From the IMG/VR virus record IMGVR_UViG_3300044750_000007, positions 1 through 31,205 of that record: 31,205 bases of DNA; one strand, 5' to 3'. The translations under genes were made by a program, and so were the position numbers. Origin of the DNA: a virus. Taxonomy: Duplodnaviria > Caudoviricetes. The notes under the pieces were generated by a model that saw only the letters and a program-made list of their open reading frames with translations, was not told the DNA's origin and made no database searches. Position 1 is the first letter of the stretch. Each line of letters begins with the position of its first letter. Shown in pieces: positions 7,067-17,003 of the stretch.

Positions 7067-8654
7067 CAAGGGTTGGCTGCTATACCAAAGCAAAACAACA
7101 CCACCGCGCTTTCGCGCTCGCAACGTTCACAGCGAAGCTGAGGTTGGTCCGTTCCCGACAACGGAAGAGGCTATGGAGGAAGCGCGCAGCTACGAGACTG
7201 AAGTGGCTGAGCGGCTCGCAATTCGAGGGGAGGCGAACGGCACGGACGACAATGACCAACGGATATCTGTTGATGACGAGCTCGGTGACAACCAACTCTT
7301 TCCGGCCGATCTCATTCGCGCGGACGGCGGCACGCAACCACGCGAAGCGCTGGATATGCACGTGGTTGCTGAATACGCGGAGGCGATGCGCGGCGGCGCG
7401 GTATTTCCGGCCGTTGATGTTTTCTTCGACGGCAAGGACTACTGGCTTGCAGACGGATTCCACCGTCTCCAGGCGACGCAGGACGCCGGGCTGGAAGAGG
7501 TTCACGCCAACGTGCGCGCGGGCACGCAGCGAGACGCTCTCCTGTTTTCTCTAGGAGCTAACGCGACGCATGGCTTACCGCGAACGAACGCAGATAAGCG
7601 GCGCGCGGTAACCACGATGCTGGTTGACGACGAGTGGCAGTCTCTGAGCGATAGCGAGATCGCTCGCAGGTGTCACGTGTCGCAGCCGTTTGTGGGCAAG
7701 GTTAGAGAAGAGCTCACAACTCAAAAGGTTATAAGTGAGTCCACCGTGCGCCGGGGTTCAGATGGCGTTACGCGCGACGTGGCTAACATCGGCCGCAAGA
7801 GTGACGACGAGAAGGCGGCAGACGCAGCGGCGAATCCCGAACTATTTAAACCGCCGGCGAGTGCGCCCGCCAAGCCGCCCACCGCGCGGCAGATAGACGA
7901 TGCCTGCCGCAATGGATTCTTTGTCTTCATCGGCGCGGATGAAGGCGGTGGTGACCGCCGGCAAGTCCAGGGCGCGTCGACGCATTACGGCGCCACGCCT
8001 GCTGCGAAGGGGAATGTGTGGGTTAGCAGTGAGCGGGTATGGCTGGAGGTAGCAGCGGCTGAGGTGACGATTACTGATGAGCCGTTTAGCCAAGGGGAAA
8101 CAGGCGAGCCGGCGGACCAGGTTTCCGAGATTGAAGCTGAATTACGCGACGACGCTTGCCCCCCGGTCGTTGTCGATCGCTCAACGGTACGGAAGGGCGT
8201 TAGCAGCGCTGCTGAAATAACGGGCGACAAGAGTTCATCCGACTTTTACGCTGAGCTAAAGGGCTGGTCTAAGGCCACTCTATCAATCAATATTTCCATC
8301 AAGCCAGGCAAGTCGGCTAAGGCGCGCCGCTTCACCATCACCGGCCGCATTGGCGACGGACCGCCTATATCCCGCGAGTTCGCCAGCGATGACTTGGGAT
8401 ACGAACTGGAGTACGGGCTCGGGACGCGCATTTGCGAGATGGTTGACGGGTTAAAGGATTCGATGTCTCTGCCGCCCGATGCTGCTCCCGTCAAAAAGGT
8501 CGGGAAGCGAAAGGCGAAGGGTAAGAGCAAAGCCCCGGGCAGCCAAAAGTCAGCCACAAAGAAACCCAGGGCTGTTGCGAAGAAAAGAAGCCAGGAAAAG
8601 ACGGTCAAGCGCTCCTCAAAAAAGACGACAAAGAAAGCCGCTCGGAAGAAATAG
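7047..8654 (+). CDS. ParB/Srx-like N-terminal domain plus HTH protein with Lys-rich C-terminal tail
   Basis: TQPR...VAEYAEAM...FPAVDVFFDG...WLADGFHRLQA...NATHGLPRTNADKRRAV...SDSEIARRCHVSQPFV. Start placed at ATG 7047 to avoid a long overlap. Confidence 0.85.
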   Translation: MTKDLTDKGWLLYQSKTTPPRFRARNVHSEAEVGPFPTTEEAMEEARSYETEVAERLAIRGEANGTDDNDQRISVDDELGDNQLFPADLIRADGGTQPREALDMHVVAEYAEAMRGGAVFPAVDVFFDGKDYWLADGFHRLQATQDAGLEEVHANVRAGTQRDALLFSLGANATHGLPRTNADKRRAVTTMLVDDEWQSLSDSEIARRCHVSQPFVGKVREELTTQKVISESTVRRGSDGVTRDVANIGRKSDDEKAADAAANPELFKPPASAPAKPPTARQIDDACRNGFFVFIGADEGGGDRRQVQGASTHYGATPAAKGNVWVSSERVWLEVAAAEVTITDEPFSQGETGEPADQVSEIEAELRDDACPPVVVDRSTVRKGVSSAAEITGDKSSSDFYAELKGWSKATLSINISIKPGKSAKARRFTITGRIGDGPPISREFASDDLGYELEYGLGTRICEMVDGLKDSMSLPPDAAPVKKVGKRKAKGKSKAPGSQKSATKKPRAVAKKRSQEKTVKRSSKKTTKKAARKK

Positions 8655-8657
8655 GCG

Positions 8658-11180
8658 TTGGACCATTCCGCATACCTCAGCTTCCTGGAAGGGAAAATCA
8701 AAGGCGCGAGTGGGCGCGCGGTGGCACCGTCTGCGTTGTCGACCGCCCATCCGTCCACTAAGCCGCACCAGCACGACAGCATAGACTGGGCCCTAAGTCG
8801 TGAAAGAGCATTGCTGGCTCTCTCGTTTGGGCTTGGCAAGACTCAGATTGAAACCGAAATCGCTCGCGCCCTCATCGTCGCAAATCCGGGCTCCAAGTTC
8901 TTAGTTGTGTCTCCGTTGGGAGTGAGGCATCAGTTCATCGACGAAGATGGCCCACGGCTGGCGGTGAACTGGAAATACGTCGACAGCGATCGCGCTGTCG
9001 ACAAGTCCGACTCCCCGTTTCTCATAACCAACTACGAGCGAGTTCGCGACGGCAACATCCGGCCGGCGAAGCACAACCTGGTGGGAGCAAGCTTGGACGA
9101 AGGATCCGTGCTGCGCAGCTTTGGTTCCAAAACTACACAGGTTTTCCGCGAGCGGTTCAGCCATCTTCAATACCGCTTTGTTGCCACGGCCACGCCTTCA
9201 CCAAACAACTACCGCGAGCTCATCTACTACGCCGACTTCCTCGGGATTATGGATACCGGACAGGCTCTAACACGATGGTTCAAGCGGAACACTGCGCAAG
9301 CAGGTGACCTGGTCCTGCATCCTCAGCACGAAGCAGACTTCTGGTTATGGGTGAGCACGTGGGCGCTGTTTCTCTACAGCCCGGCCGACATGGGTTACGA
9401 CGCTACCGGTTACGACTTACCGGAGCTGGACGTTCACTGGCACCGAGTTCCCGTTGATCACACCAGGGCTTTCAATCACATCGATAACCACGGCCAGCGC
9501 AAGCTTCTAATCAGCGCAGTCAAAGGCGTGAGCCAGTCTGCCAGGGAGAAGCGCGCCACCCTCCCGGCGCGAGTTGCCAAGGCGAAGGAAATCATTGCGA
9601 CGGCGCCGAATAAGAACTGGCTGTTATGGCACACGCTCGAGGATGAGCGGCGAGCTATTGAACAAGAGGTTCCGGAATCTGTTTCAGTCTACGGTTCGCT
9701 CGACCTTGAAATTCGCGAAGAGCGTGTTATCGCTTTTGCGAGGGGAAAGATTTCGAGACTCGCCACGAAGCCAGAGCTATCAGGATCGGGTTGCAACTTT
9801 CAGCACTACTGCCACTCCAACATCTTTGTTGGCGCTGACTATCGCTTCGAAGACTTCATCCAGGCAATTCACCGCACCAAGCGCTTTCAACAGAAACATC
9901 GCGTGCGAGTCGACATTATTTATGCCGAGAGCGAGCAGCCGATCGCGGACGCGCTAAGAAAGAAGTGGGCGCAACACGACCAGCTCGTTGAGCGCATGCG
10001 CGGAATCATCCGCAAGTACGGCTTAGACCACGGTTTGGTCAAGGAGGAGCTGAAGCGAAAGATAGGCATCGAGCGGGCGGAGGTGGCCGGCGAGAAGTTT
10101 CTGGCTGTTCACAACGACTGTGTGTTGGAGATGCCGAACGTTGCCGACAATTCGGTCGGGCTAATTCACACCTCAATCCCGTTTGGTAATCACTACGAAT
10201 ACACCACGAGCTACGAAGACTTCGGACACAACGACGATAACGCGCGATTCTTTGAGCAGATGGATTTCCTCATACCCGAGCTGCTGCGCGTATTGAAACC
10301 CGGGCGAGTTTGCGCGATCCACGTCAAGGACAGAATTCTTTACAGCCACCAGACGAAGTCCGGCCTGATGGAGGTCGACCCGTTCAGCGACCTGACGGTC
10401 CAGGCCTTCATAAAGCACGGTTTCTTGTACGAAGGGCGCCGGACAATAACCACCGACGTCGTCAGAGAAAACAGTTCGACCTACCGGCTGGGCTATACCG
10501 AAATGTCACGAGACGCAAGCAAGATGGGCAGCGGGCTGCCGGAATACCTGGTGCTATTTCGCAAGGCTCCGTCGCTCACAACAACCGCCAGAGCTGATGA
10601 GCCTGTAACGCGCGAGAAGGCTGACTACAGCCGCGGGCGCTGGCAGATAGACGCCAACGGATACTGGCGTAGCAACGGCGATGTGCTTGCCCCTTCCGAC
10701 TATGAAGGCAAGACCCGGTTCCTGATGGCCATGCTGCTCGCGAGTTCGCCGTACGACTTCGAAGCGCACGTCGCGCGACTTGATGAGTTGGGTCGCCGGG
10801 GCCAGTTGCCGGCGTCGTTTTTCTACGAGCCTCCGGAATCGAACAGTACCTGGGTGTGGGACGATGTGCAGTTGATGCGCTGCCTCAATTCATCCCAGAG
10901 CCGAAGACAGCAAGTGAATCACACCTGCCCGCTGCCTCTCGATATCGTTGAGCGGGTTATCAATCTCTATTCGAATCCCGGCGACATAGTGGCTGACCCA
11001 TTCGCCGGCATCTTCACCGTTCCTTACGTCGCAATTAAAAAGGGCCGCATCGGTTACGGCATCGAACTCAGCCAATCATACTTCAGTGATGGAGCGCGCT
11101 ATTGCAATGAGGCTGAAGCCGAAGTCTCAGTACCCACATTGTTCGATTTGATGGGCAAAGCGGCGGAGGCCGCCGCATAA
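8658..11180 (+). CDS. SNF2-like helicase / N4-N6 DNA methyltransferase fusion
   Basis: FGLGKT, LDEGS, TATPSPN, GSGCNFQ, QAIHRTKRFQQ; then TSIPF, RVLKPGR, HTCPLPLDIVERVINLYSNPGDIVADPFAGIFT. Confidence 0.92.
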   Translation: MDHSAYLSFLEGKIKGASGRAVAPSALSTAHPSTKPHQHDSIDWALSRERALLALSFGLGKTQIETEIARALIVANPGSKFLVVSPLGVRHQFIDEDGPRLAVNWKYVDSDRAVDKSDSPFLITNYERVRDGNIRPAKHNLVGASLDEGSVLRSFGSKTTQVFRERFSHLQYRFVATATPSPNNYRELIYYADFLGIMDTGQALTRWFKRNTAQAGDLVLHPQHEADFWLWVSTWALFLYSPADMGYDATGYDLPELDVHWHRVPVDHTRAFNHIDNHGQRKLLISAVKGVSQSAREKRATLPARVAKAKEIIATAPNKNWLLWHTLEDERRAIEQEVPESVSVYGSLDLEIREERVIAFARGKISRLATKPELSGSGCNFQHYCHSNIFVGADYRFEDFIQAIHRTKRFQQKHRVRVDIIYAESEQPIADALRKKWAQHDQLVERMRGIIRKYGLDHGLVKEELKRKIGIERAEVAGEKFLAVHNDCVLEMPNVADNSVGLIHTSIPFGNHYEYTTSYEDFGHNDDNARFFEQMDFLIPELLRVLKPGRVCAIHVKDRILYSHQTKSGLMEVDPFSDLTVQAFIKHGFLYEGRRTITTDVVRENSSTYRLGYTEMSRDASKMGSGLPEYLVLFRKAPSLTTTARADEPVTREKADYSRGRWQIDANGYWRSNGDVLAPSDYEGKTRFLMAMLLASSPYDFEAHVARLDELGRRGQLPASFFYEPPESNSTWVWDDVQLMRCLNSSQSRRQQVNHTCPLPLDIVERVINLYSNPGDIVADPFAGIFTVPYVAIKKGRIGYGIELSQSYFSDGARYCNEAEAEVSVPTLFDLMGKAAEAAA

Positions 11181-11840
11181 ATGCCGAAGCGATTCTCTAA
11201 GGTCGCGCGGTATTTGGTTTATCAGTTCCTTTGTCAACGCGACGGGGAACAGTGCAAGGATTGTGGGACGGTCCCGACCAACCCGATTTCGGCGGTGCGC
11301 ATTGAGCTTAACAGCGCAGCCGGGGGCGTAAGCTATATCCGTTCGGCGGCGCCGCAACGACGCGCCGAGAAGGGCGAAACCACTCTCGAAATAGACCACT
11401 TCAATGAAGACAAGACCGATAATCAGCCCGAAAATCTGCAACTTTTGTGCAAAAGCTGCAATGTTGGCAAGCAGAATCGGGCACGCTCACACCGTCCGAG
11501 TGACCTGAGTGTGTGTGTGAGAGAGCGGATGCGCCAGGAAGGGTGTGCAGCCACGCGGGTGAGTAAGGCTGTAGTTAACTATCGAAGCGGTAGCGCAGAG
11601 ATGCAGGCAGCTCAGATGTACGAGCTTCCTTTTCGCAGGTGGTTGATGCAAGTGCTGAGAAGCACGGACCATGTTGGGAAAGAGGATGCTATCTACTCAG
11701 GGGCAGAGATTACGGGTGCATCGATTACGACAGTCGATCGTTATCTGAAGAAGCTGACCAGCAGCGCCGGGCCTCTGAGGGAAGCGCGTGATTCTATGGG
11801 TGGGACGGTGATTATGATGAAGCCGGAGTTTGTGGAATGA
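11181..11840 (+). CDS. HNH endonuclease-domain protein with C-terminal HTH-like region
   Basis: RDGEQCKDCG...LEIDHFNEDKTDNQPENLQLLCKSCNVGK. Confidence 0.85.
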   Translation: MPKRFSKVARYLVYQFLCQRDGEQCKDCGTVPTNPISAVRIELNSAAGGVSYIRSAAPQRRAEKGETTLEIDHFNEDKTDNQPENLQLLCKSCNVGKQNRARSHRPSDLSVCVRERMRQEGCAATRVSKAVVNYRSGSAEMQAAQMYELPFRRWLMQVLRSTDHVGKEDAIYSGAEITGASITTVDRYLKKLTSSAGPLREARDSMGGTVIMMKPEFVE

Positions 11841-12394
11841 ATACGCCAAGTCAATCCCCCAAACGAAAGAACAAAGCGAGCCGTTATCGCAGGCGTGGTG
11901 TGGAACGTGCGGCTGCGGAACTGGCCATATTGGCCATGGCGAAGGACGTGGCCGAGACCCTTCAGACCCACCGGGACATTGCGAGCGCGCGCGTTGCTGC
12001 GGCAAAAACCCAACGGCGCCAACGTAGCGACGAAGAGTTAGAGGTGTTGTCCCTCGCCCGAGTTCTTGGGTTGTTGGCGAAACAGTATCCGCGATACGCG
12101 GAACATCTCAACGTGCCGCGCTACCGGCTATTGAAGAGACTAACTAGACCGGCAGCACGTCGCGCGGAGATTCGTGCTTGCGTCGAGCGCGAAGAGCAAA
12201 TCGACATTGCGGGGTTAGTTCAGTGCACGCTGTACGATCCCCCTGTGGTGCGTTCGGACGTAAGGGTGATGGTGAGAGGCGGCCAGCTTCGGGAGGTGAA
12301 GCCGCCGCGCCCAGCCGGGCCGGGCCGGCCACCAGAGCGAACGTATTACGAATTAGGCGCGGGTCCTTCTGCGGCTCACGCGGCCCGCAGGTAA
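11837..12394 (+). CDS. Hypothetical basic protein, possible winged-HTH regulator
   Basis: ATGA-coupled; C-terminal VRSDVRVMVRGGQL...GRPPERTYYEL is wHTH-like. Confidence 0.65.
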   Translation: MNTPSQSPKRKNKASRYRRRGVERAAAELAILAMAKDVAETLQTHRDIASARVAAAKTQRRQRSDEELEVLSLARVLGLLAKQYPRYAEHLNVPRYRLLKRLTRPAARRAEIRACVEREEQIDIAGLVQCTLYDPPVVRSDVRVMVRGGQLREVKPPRPAGPGRPPERTYYELGAGPSAAHAARR

Positions 12395-12447
12395 CGCGCC
12401 ACTCCGGCGGGTGGCTAACATCAGAAGTTTTTTTGATTTTAATAACG

Positions 12448-12855
12448 ATGGCCGAACAAAAGAAAAAAAAGCTGACGCCAAAAGAAGTTTCGCGGGAGGT
12501 GGAGCGGCTCTTCCTTCGCGGCCTCACGCCTGATGACATCATGGCCCGGGCAAAGTCTGAGAAATGGGGCGTGACACCGAGTGCATTGTCTAAGGCTATC
12601 GATGCTGCGACTCAGCGAGTAATCGACATCGGCGCGGCGTTGAATCTCGATACTGAACTCGGAAAAGCCCTCGGCCGCTTGGAAGCTTTGTACCAGGAGG
12701 CTGCGGAAAATAAGGAGACGAAGGTTGCCCTGGACGTGCAGAAAGAAATCAACAAGCTGCTTCGTATTGGTGAGTACGCTCGGCGGGTTCCCGTTCCCAT
12801 ACCTCAGCCGGAGACGCAATCAGCGAAATCGAACGTCGTCAGACTGGTCAAATGA
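12448..12855 (+). CDS. Hypothetical HTH protein upstream of terminase
   Basis: ATG 12448; VERLFLRGLTPDDIM...WGVTPSALSKAI...RLEALYQEA...ALDVQKEINKLL; coupled to TerS. Confidence 0.75.
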   Translation: MAEQKKKKLTPKEVSREVERLFLRGLTPDDIMARAKSEKWGVTPSALSKAIDAATQRVIDIGAALNLDTELGKALGRLEALYQEAAENKETKVALDVQKEINKLLRIGEYARRVPVPIPQPETQSAKSNVVRLVK

Positions 12856-13451
12856 GTCTTGAATTCTCTATCAGCAAAGCCGCAACGCTCACCGGTTTGC
12901 CACGCGCGACGGTTTCAGAAATCGTCTCGCCTCTCGCAGATCCGAGCGTTGAAGAGGTGGTCGCGGCCTTTGTTGTGCACATGCGCCAACAGTCCGCGTC
13001 AGACAGCCAGCAGCCGGCGCCTGACGGCCTCTATTCCCAGCTCGCGTTGGCTGAGATGACCGGCACCTATCCGCTCGCCGTGAAGAAAGCCTTGAAGGGA
13101 ATAACGCCCGCGGTGAACAAGCGTCACCTAAAGCAGTATCGCCTCGACCAAAAGAACGCCGCCGGCAAAACGGTTAAGCAACTAATCGAATCAATCCGGG
13201 ATGTCAAAACCAGCGACTCAAAAACGCGCGCCGAACTGGCCGATGCCGAGCTGAAGGAAATCAAAGTGCAGAAAGCCCGCCGCGAGCTGGTGCCGTACGC
13301 GGAGGTTGTCGACGGGATTCAGCGCGTGATTCATCTTCTCTATCAGCGCACCGCCGTGAACCGCGAGCTGTGCAAGCCGTGCCGCGGGCTGGTTAGCAAA
13401 GTTTTCAATGACGTTCGAAATAACAGCAAGAACATTCTCCGAAGCAATTAA
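12852..13451 (+). CDS. Terminase small subunit (Nu1-like)
   Basis: N-terminal HTHs; KTRAELADAELKEIKVQKARRELVPYAEV; position before GpA. Confidence 0.75.
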   Translation: MSLEFSISKAATLTGLPRATVSEIVSPLADPSVEEVVAAFVVHMRQQSASDSQQPAPDGLYSQLALAEMTGTYPLAVKKALKGITPAVNKRHLKQYRLDQKNAAGKTVKQLIESIRDVKTSDSKTRAELADAELKEIKVQKARRELVPYAEVVDGIQRVIHLLYQRTAVNRELCKPCRGLVSKVFNDVRNNSKNILRSN

Positions 13452-13469
13452 AGGAAGGGCGAGAATCTA

Positions 13470-13696
13470 GTGATTGAAATCGTTGTAGATAACTTCGCCG
13501 GTGGCGGCGGTGCGAGTACCGGCATTGAAGCCGCGCTCGGCCGCCCGATTGACTACGCCGTCAATCACGACCGCTTTGCAGTAGCGATGCACGTGAAGCC
13601 TATGGCCACGCAGAGTGCAGCTTTGCAGACCGGCTCAAGGAGATGATTGCCGAGGGCCAGACGTTCCCCAGTTTCTTTGCCAGCACGGAGTATTGA
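13470..13696 (+). pseudogene. C5 cytosine methyltransferase N-terminal remnant joined out of frame to the 3' end of another gene
   Basis: GTG 13470: IVVDNFAGGGGASTGIEAALGRPIDYAVNHDRFAVAMH, stop at 13646. A second frame reads EAYGHAECSFADRLKEMIAEGQTFPSFFASTEY, stop at 13696. Confidence 0.8.
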
Positions 13697-13732
13697 AGCG
13701 ATAGGACTCTATAACTTCGACAGGGAAGAGCG

Positions 13733-15817
13733 ATGACCGCCGAAATCACATCCCGCGCCTTCTCCGAAGCAATTGGCCTGGCCATCCCGCCGCCGCTCAT
13801 AAAGGGCGCGGAGTGGGCCGATCGTTTTCGCGTTGTCTCGAAGGGCAGCAGCTCGCGTCCTGGTCCCTGGCGGACGGACTTGGTTCCTTACACGCGAGAC
13901 ATCATGGACGCTGCCTGCGATCCGGAGATAAAAGAAATCGTCTGGGTAGCCTGCCGGCAAGTTGCGAAGACAGAAACGATTCTCAACATTATCGGCCGCA
14001 GGATTCACGTTGAGCCGGTGCCGCAGTTTTATGCCTGCGAAGACGAAGGGAAATTTAACGAGTGGTCCAAGAAAAGGTTCGCGCCGATGCTGCGAGACAC
14101 GCCGGTCTTGCGGGCGCTGGTGCGCGATGCGCGCATTCGTGGCAGCGACAACACTATCCAGGCAAAGTCCTATCCCGGCGGTTTTCTGATGGGCGGGTGG
14201 GCCACCTCATCAAACACTGCAACCTCGTTCGCCGTCGCCGCGGAATACTTCGACGAACGCGACGCCTACAAGGAAACGGACCTCGGTGATTACTGCAAGG
14301 TCGCTGAGCCGATGCTCGACACCTGGCAGCCGGACACGCTTAGCGTAAAGATTTCCACGCCCGGCGATCGTCTCGAAAACCCGGCCGGGTCTCCCATCGA
14401 CGCGCCGCGCTTTTCACCAATCGAGCGCGAGTATCACGAAAGCGACCAGCGTCGTTACTACGTGCCCTGCCCTCACTGTGGCGAATTCCAAACCCTGAAG
14501 TTTGCCAATCTCAAGTGGGACAAGGAACCGTCCGCTGCCTACTACGTCTGCGGCGACTACACGGCCGAAACAACATCTTCCGGAAAGGAAAAGATTAAAC
14601 GAATCAGGGGTTGCGGCGCCGTCATCGAGCACCGCCACAAAACGAAGATGCTCGCCCGCGGCGAGTGGCGCCAGGAAAACAAGAACGGTCCGCGGGTGAA
14701 GGGTCGCGCCGGCTTCCACCTCAACAAACTCTATTCCCCATTCGTCACCTGGGGCGCGATGGCCGAGGCGTTTGTCGCCGCGAAGCGCAACGGCGATCCG
14801 GGCCAGCTCAAAGCCTTCGTCACCATGTGGCTCGCCGAAGGTTGGGAGCCACCCGAGCCGAAAATCGAAACGAGCGAGATTGTCGATCGCGTCGAAGACT
14901 ATGGCGCGCCGAACGACGAAGGCGGTCATGATCCGATTCCCGTCGGGGTCTGTCTGATTGTCGCCGGCGTCGACGTCCAGTCCGATCGCCTCGAGGCTGA
15001 AATCGTAGGCTTCGGCCTGAACTTCGAAAGCTGGTCCCTTGAATACATCGTCGTCTTCGGTGACCCCACCAAGGACTCCACCTGGGAAGAGCTGAAACGC
15101 GAAGTGGTGACGCGCGAGTTTACCCGCGCCGATGGCGTAACGCTCAAAGTGCAATGCACGGCCATCGATTCGGCCGGCGGCTTCACCAACGAAGTCTACA
15201 AATTCGCTTATGCCAACCGCGGCTATCGCGTGTTCCCGGTGAAGGGCTGGGCCATCACCGGCAAACCAATCGTGGGCCAGCCGACCATGCAAGGTCGCCC
15301 AAAAGTCAAGCTCTTCATGATCGGCACCGAGGCGGCGAAGGACACGTTCATCACGAACTTGAACCTGACCGAGCCCGGCCCGGGTTACTGCCACTTCCCT
15401 CTACAGCGGTCGGGAACCGAAGGGCGCATATTCTACGGTGAAGACCACTTCAAACAGCTACTCTCAGAGCGGCCAAAGATGGAGCGAGGCAAGCGCATAT
15501 GGAAAAAGATCCGAGACCACCTGCGCAACGAAGCGCTCGACTGCCGTGTCTACGCGATGGCCGCCTTCGCAATCTGCTTTGGCGACGGCCGCAAGATGCC
15601 GGCGCTGCACAAATCGCTGAGTGAGCAGGCAGCCAGAATCACCAAGAAACTTCAGGCCGCGCTCGAAACTCAAATCGATGATGAGCCGCGCAATGATGAT
15701 GGCGACGGCGGCGATTCAAACAACAATCCACCGCCCGCGCCACCAGCGCCGCGCATTCCCGATTCCGGTTCGGGGCGCGGAGGCTTTCGCATCCCGCGCG
15801 GCAGTGGACGGTATTAA
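13733..15817 (+). CDS. terL: Terminase large subunit, lambda GpA family
   Basis: EWADRFR...PGPWRTDLVPYTRDIMD, RQVAKTE, FDERD, ISTP, RRYYVPCPHCGEFQ, AGVDVQSDRLE, AIDSAG, RNEALDCRVYA. Confidence 0.96.
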   Translation: MTAEITSRAFSEAIGLAIPPPLIKGAEWADRFRVVSKGSSSRPGPWRTDLVPYTRDIMDAACDPEIKEIVWVACRQVAKTETILNIIGRRIHVEPVPQFYACEDEGKFNEWSKKRFAPMLRDTPVLRALVRDARIRGSDNTIQAKSYPGGFLMGGWATSSNTATSFAVAAEYFDERDAYKETDLGDYCKVAEPMLDTWQPDTLSVKISTPGDRLENPAGSPIDAPRFSPIEREYHESDQRRYYVPCPHCGEFQTLKFANLKWDKEPSAAYYVCGDYTAETTSSGKEKIKRIRGCGAVIEHRHKTKMLARGEWRQENKNGPRVKGRAGFHLNKLYSPFVTWGAMAEAFVAAKRNGDPGQLKAFVTMWLAEGWEPPEPKIETSEIVDRVEDYGAPNDEGGHDPIPVGVCLIVAGVDVQSDRLEAEIVGFGLNFESWSLEYIVVFGDPTKDSTWEELKREVVTREFTRADGVTLKVQCTAIDSAGGFTNEVYKFAYANRGYRVFPVKGWAITGKPIVGQPTMQGRPKVKLFMIGTEAAKDTFITNLNLTEPGPGYCHFPLQRSGTEGRIFYGEDHFKQLLSERPKMERGKRIWKKIRDHLRNEALDCRVYAMAAFAICFGDGRKMPALHKSLSEQAARITKKLQAALETQIDDEPRNDDGDGGDSNNNPPPAPPAPRIPDSGSGRGGFRIPRGSGRY

Positions 15818-15820
15818 CCG

Positions 15821-16291
15821 GTGAAAAATTCATCCAGATGTTACTCAAAGAGAAAGGGATTGATGATGGGTAGACCAATACTGCTAGTCACTGATGGTGG
15901 ACTTGGGGAAACGCCTGTGCCTGCCGACGCTCTGTTTCAGCCTGGGGAAACTATCGTGGCCGCACACACGTCTGACCCGACCAAGCCGCTCGATGTGGTC
16001 TGCATCGCTGTGGTTCCTGTCGGCGCGTGTGTCGAGTACGCGATAGCTGATCAGGCGAAGCCACAGCAACGCCGGCCATTGACTCTGCGCGTTCGCAGAC
16101 CGCACAAGGAAACCCTGTACGTGTTGCAGTGGCCCAATGAGGATGAGCCCATGCTCCACACTCAAAGCGACATCCTGCGCGGCCAACAGAAGGCAGCGTT
16201 TGTGACCGCAGCTTGTCGCAACGACGACCACACAAAATGCACATCGAAGAAATGCCAGTGTCAGTGTGGGCACATTGCCGAAAGACATTGA
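15821..16291 (+). CDS. Hypothetical protein with Cys-rich C-terminus
   Basis: Fills the gap after TerL; true start may be an ATG near 15863; ends CRNDDHTKCTSKKCQCQCGH. Confidence 0.6.
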   Translation: MKNSSRCYSKRKGLMMGRPILLVTDGGLGETPVPADALFQPGETIVAAHTSDPTKPLDVVCIAVVPVGACVEYAIADQAKPQQRRPLTLRVRRPHKETLYVLQWPNEDEPMLHTQSDILRGQQKAAFVTAACRNDDHTKCTSKKCQCQCGHIAERH

Positions 16292-16366
16292 TCGTCAGAA
16301 GTGTCGAAGATGATGCGATGGCTCCATTCAGCAAGAAGAAACGACAGCGTCGCAAACAGTGTCCCT

Positions 16367-16415
16367 TTTAATGCACCCTCAAAGCATTAACCCTCGCGTG
16401 CTTTGTTACCTTCTG
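16367..16415 (+). promoter_or_regulatory. Putative late promoter, copy 1: TAATGC-N9-GCATTA, 17 nt, TACCTT
   Basis: 23 bp identical to 19418-19440; upstream of the gpW-like/portal genes. Confidence 0.75.
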
Positions 16416-16425
16416 CGGCGGACTC

Positions 16426-16998
16426 ATGCCGCCAGAAATCCCTAATCGTGAACCGTCTCGCTTCGTTGCCGGGTCAACCGTCACCTGGCAAAAATCGCTA
16501 AGCGACTTTCCCGCGTCTGATGGTTGGGTGCTGAAGTATTTCCTGCGCGGCCCATCGCGTCTCGACGTCACCTGCACTGTTGATGGCGACGTTTTCGTAG
16601 GGACGATCGCCGCGTCCGATTCCGCGAAACTGAAAACCGGCCGTTACTGGATGCAGGGCCGCGTCGAGCTCGACGGCGCCAAACATCTAGTCACGCCCGA
16701 CATGCTCGAGCTGGAGATTGTTCCCGGTCTCGACGCCGAAAGCGCGAACGTGGACCTGCGCAGCCAGGCTGAGCGCATCGTCGCTGAAATCGACAACCTA
16801 ATTGAAAGGTCCACGGGCAGCGACACGTTCGAATACGAAGTCGAAGGCCACCGCAAAAAAACCTACACGCGGACGGAGCTGCTCGAGTTGCGCAAAACCT
16901 ATCAGCGCAAAGTCAACAGCGAACGCCGTCGCAAACGCGTCGCCGCCGGCGGCGACTTCTTTCAAACCATCCCGGTGACCTTAACCACGGTGAGGTAA
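16426..16998 (+). CDS. Head-tail joining protein (gpW-like C-terminus)
   Basis: EPSRFVAGSTVTWQK...GWVLKYFLRG...EYEVEGHRKKTYTRTELLELRKTY; between TerL and portal. Confidence 0.8.
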   Translation: MPPEIPNREPSRFVAGSTVTWQKSLSDFPASDGWVLKYFLRGPSRLDVTCTVDGDVFVGTIAASDSAKLKTGRYWMQGRVELDGAKHLVTPDMLELEIVPGLDAESANVDLRSQAERIVAEIDNLIERSTGSDTFEYEVEGHRKKTYTRTELLELRKTYQRKVNSERRRKRVAAGGDFFQTIPVTLTTVR

Positions 16999-17003
16999 GG
17001 CTT

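Noticed and set aside
14414-15394. Long antisense ORFs (also 20275-21303, 17977-18477, 28613-29338)
   Set aside because: Antisense shadows of GC-rich conserved structural genes.
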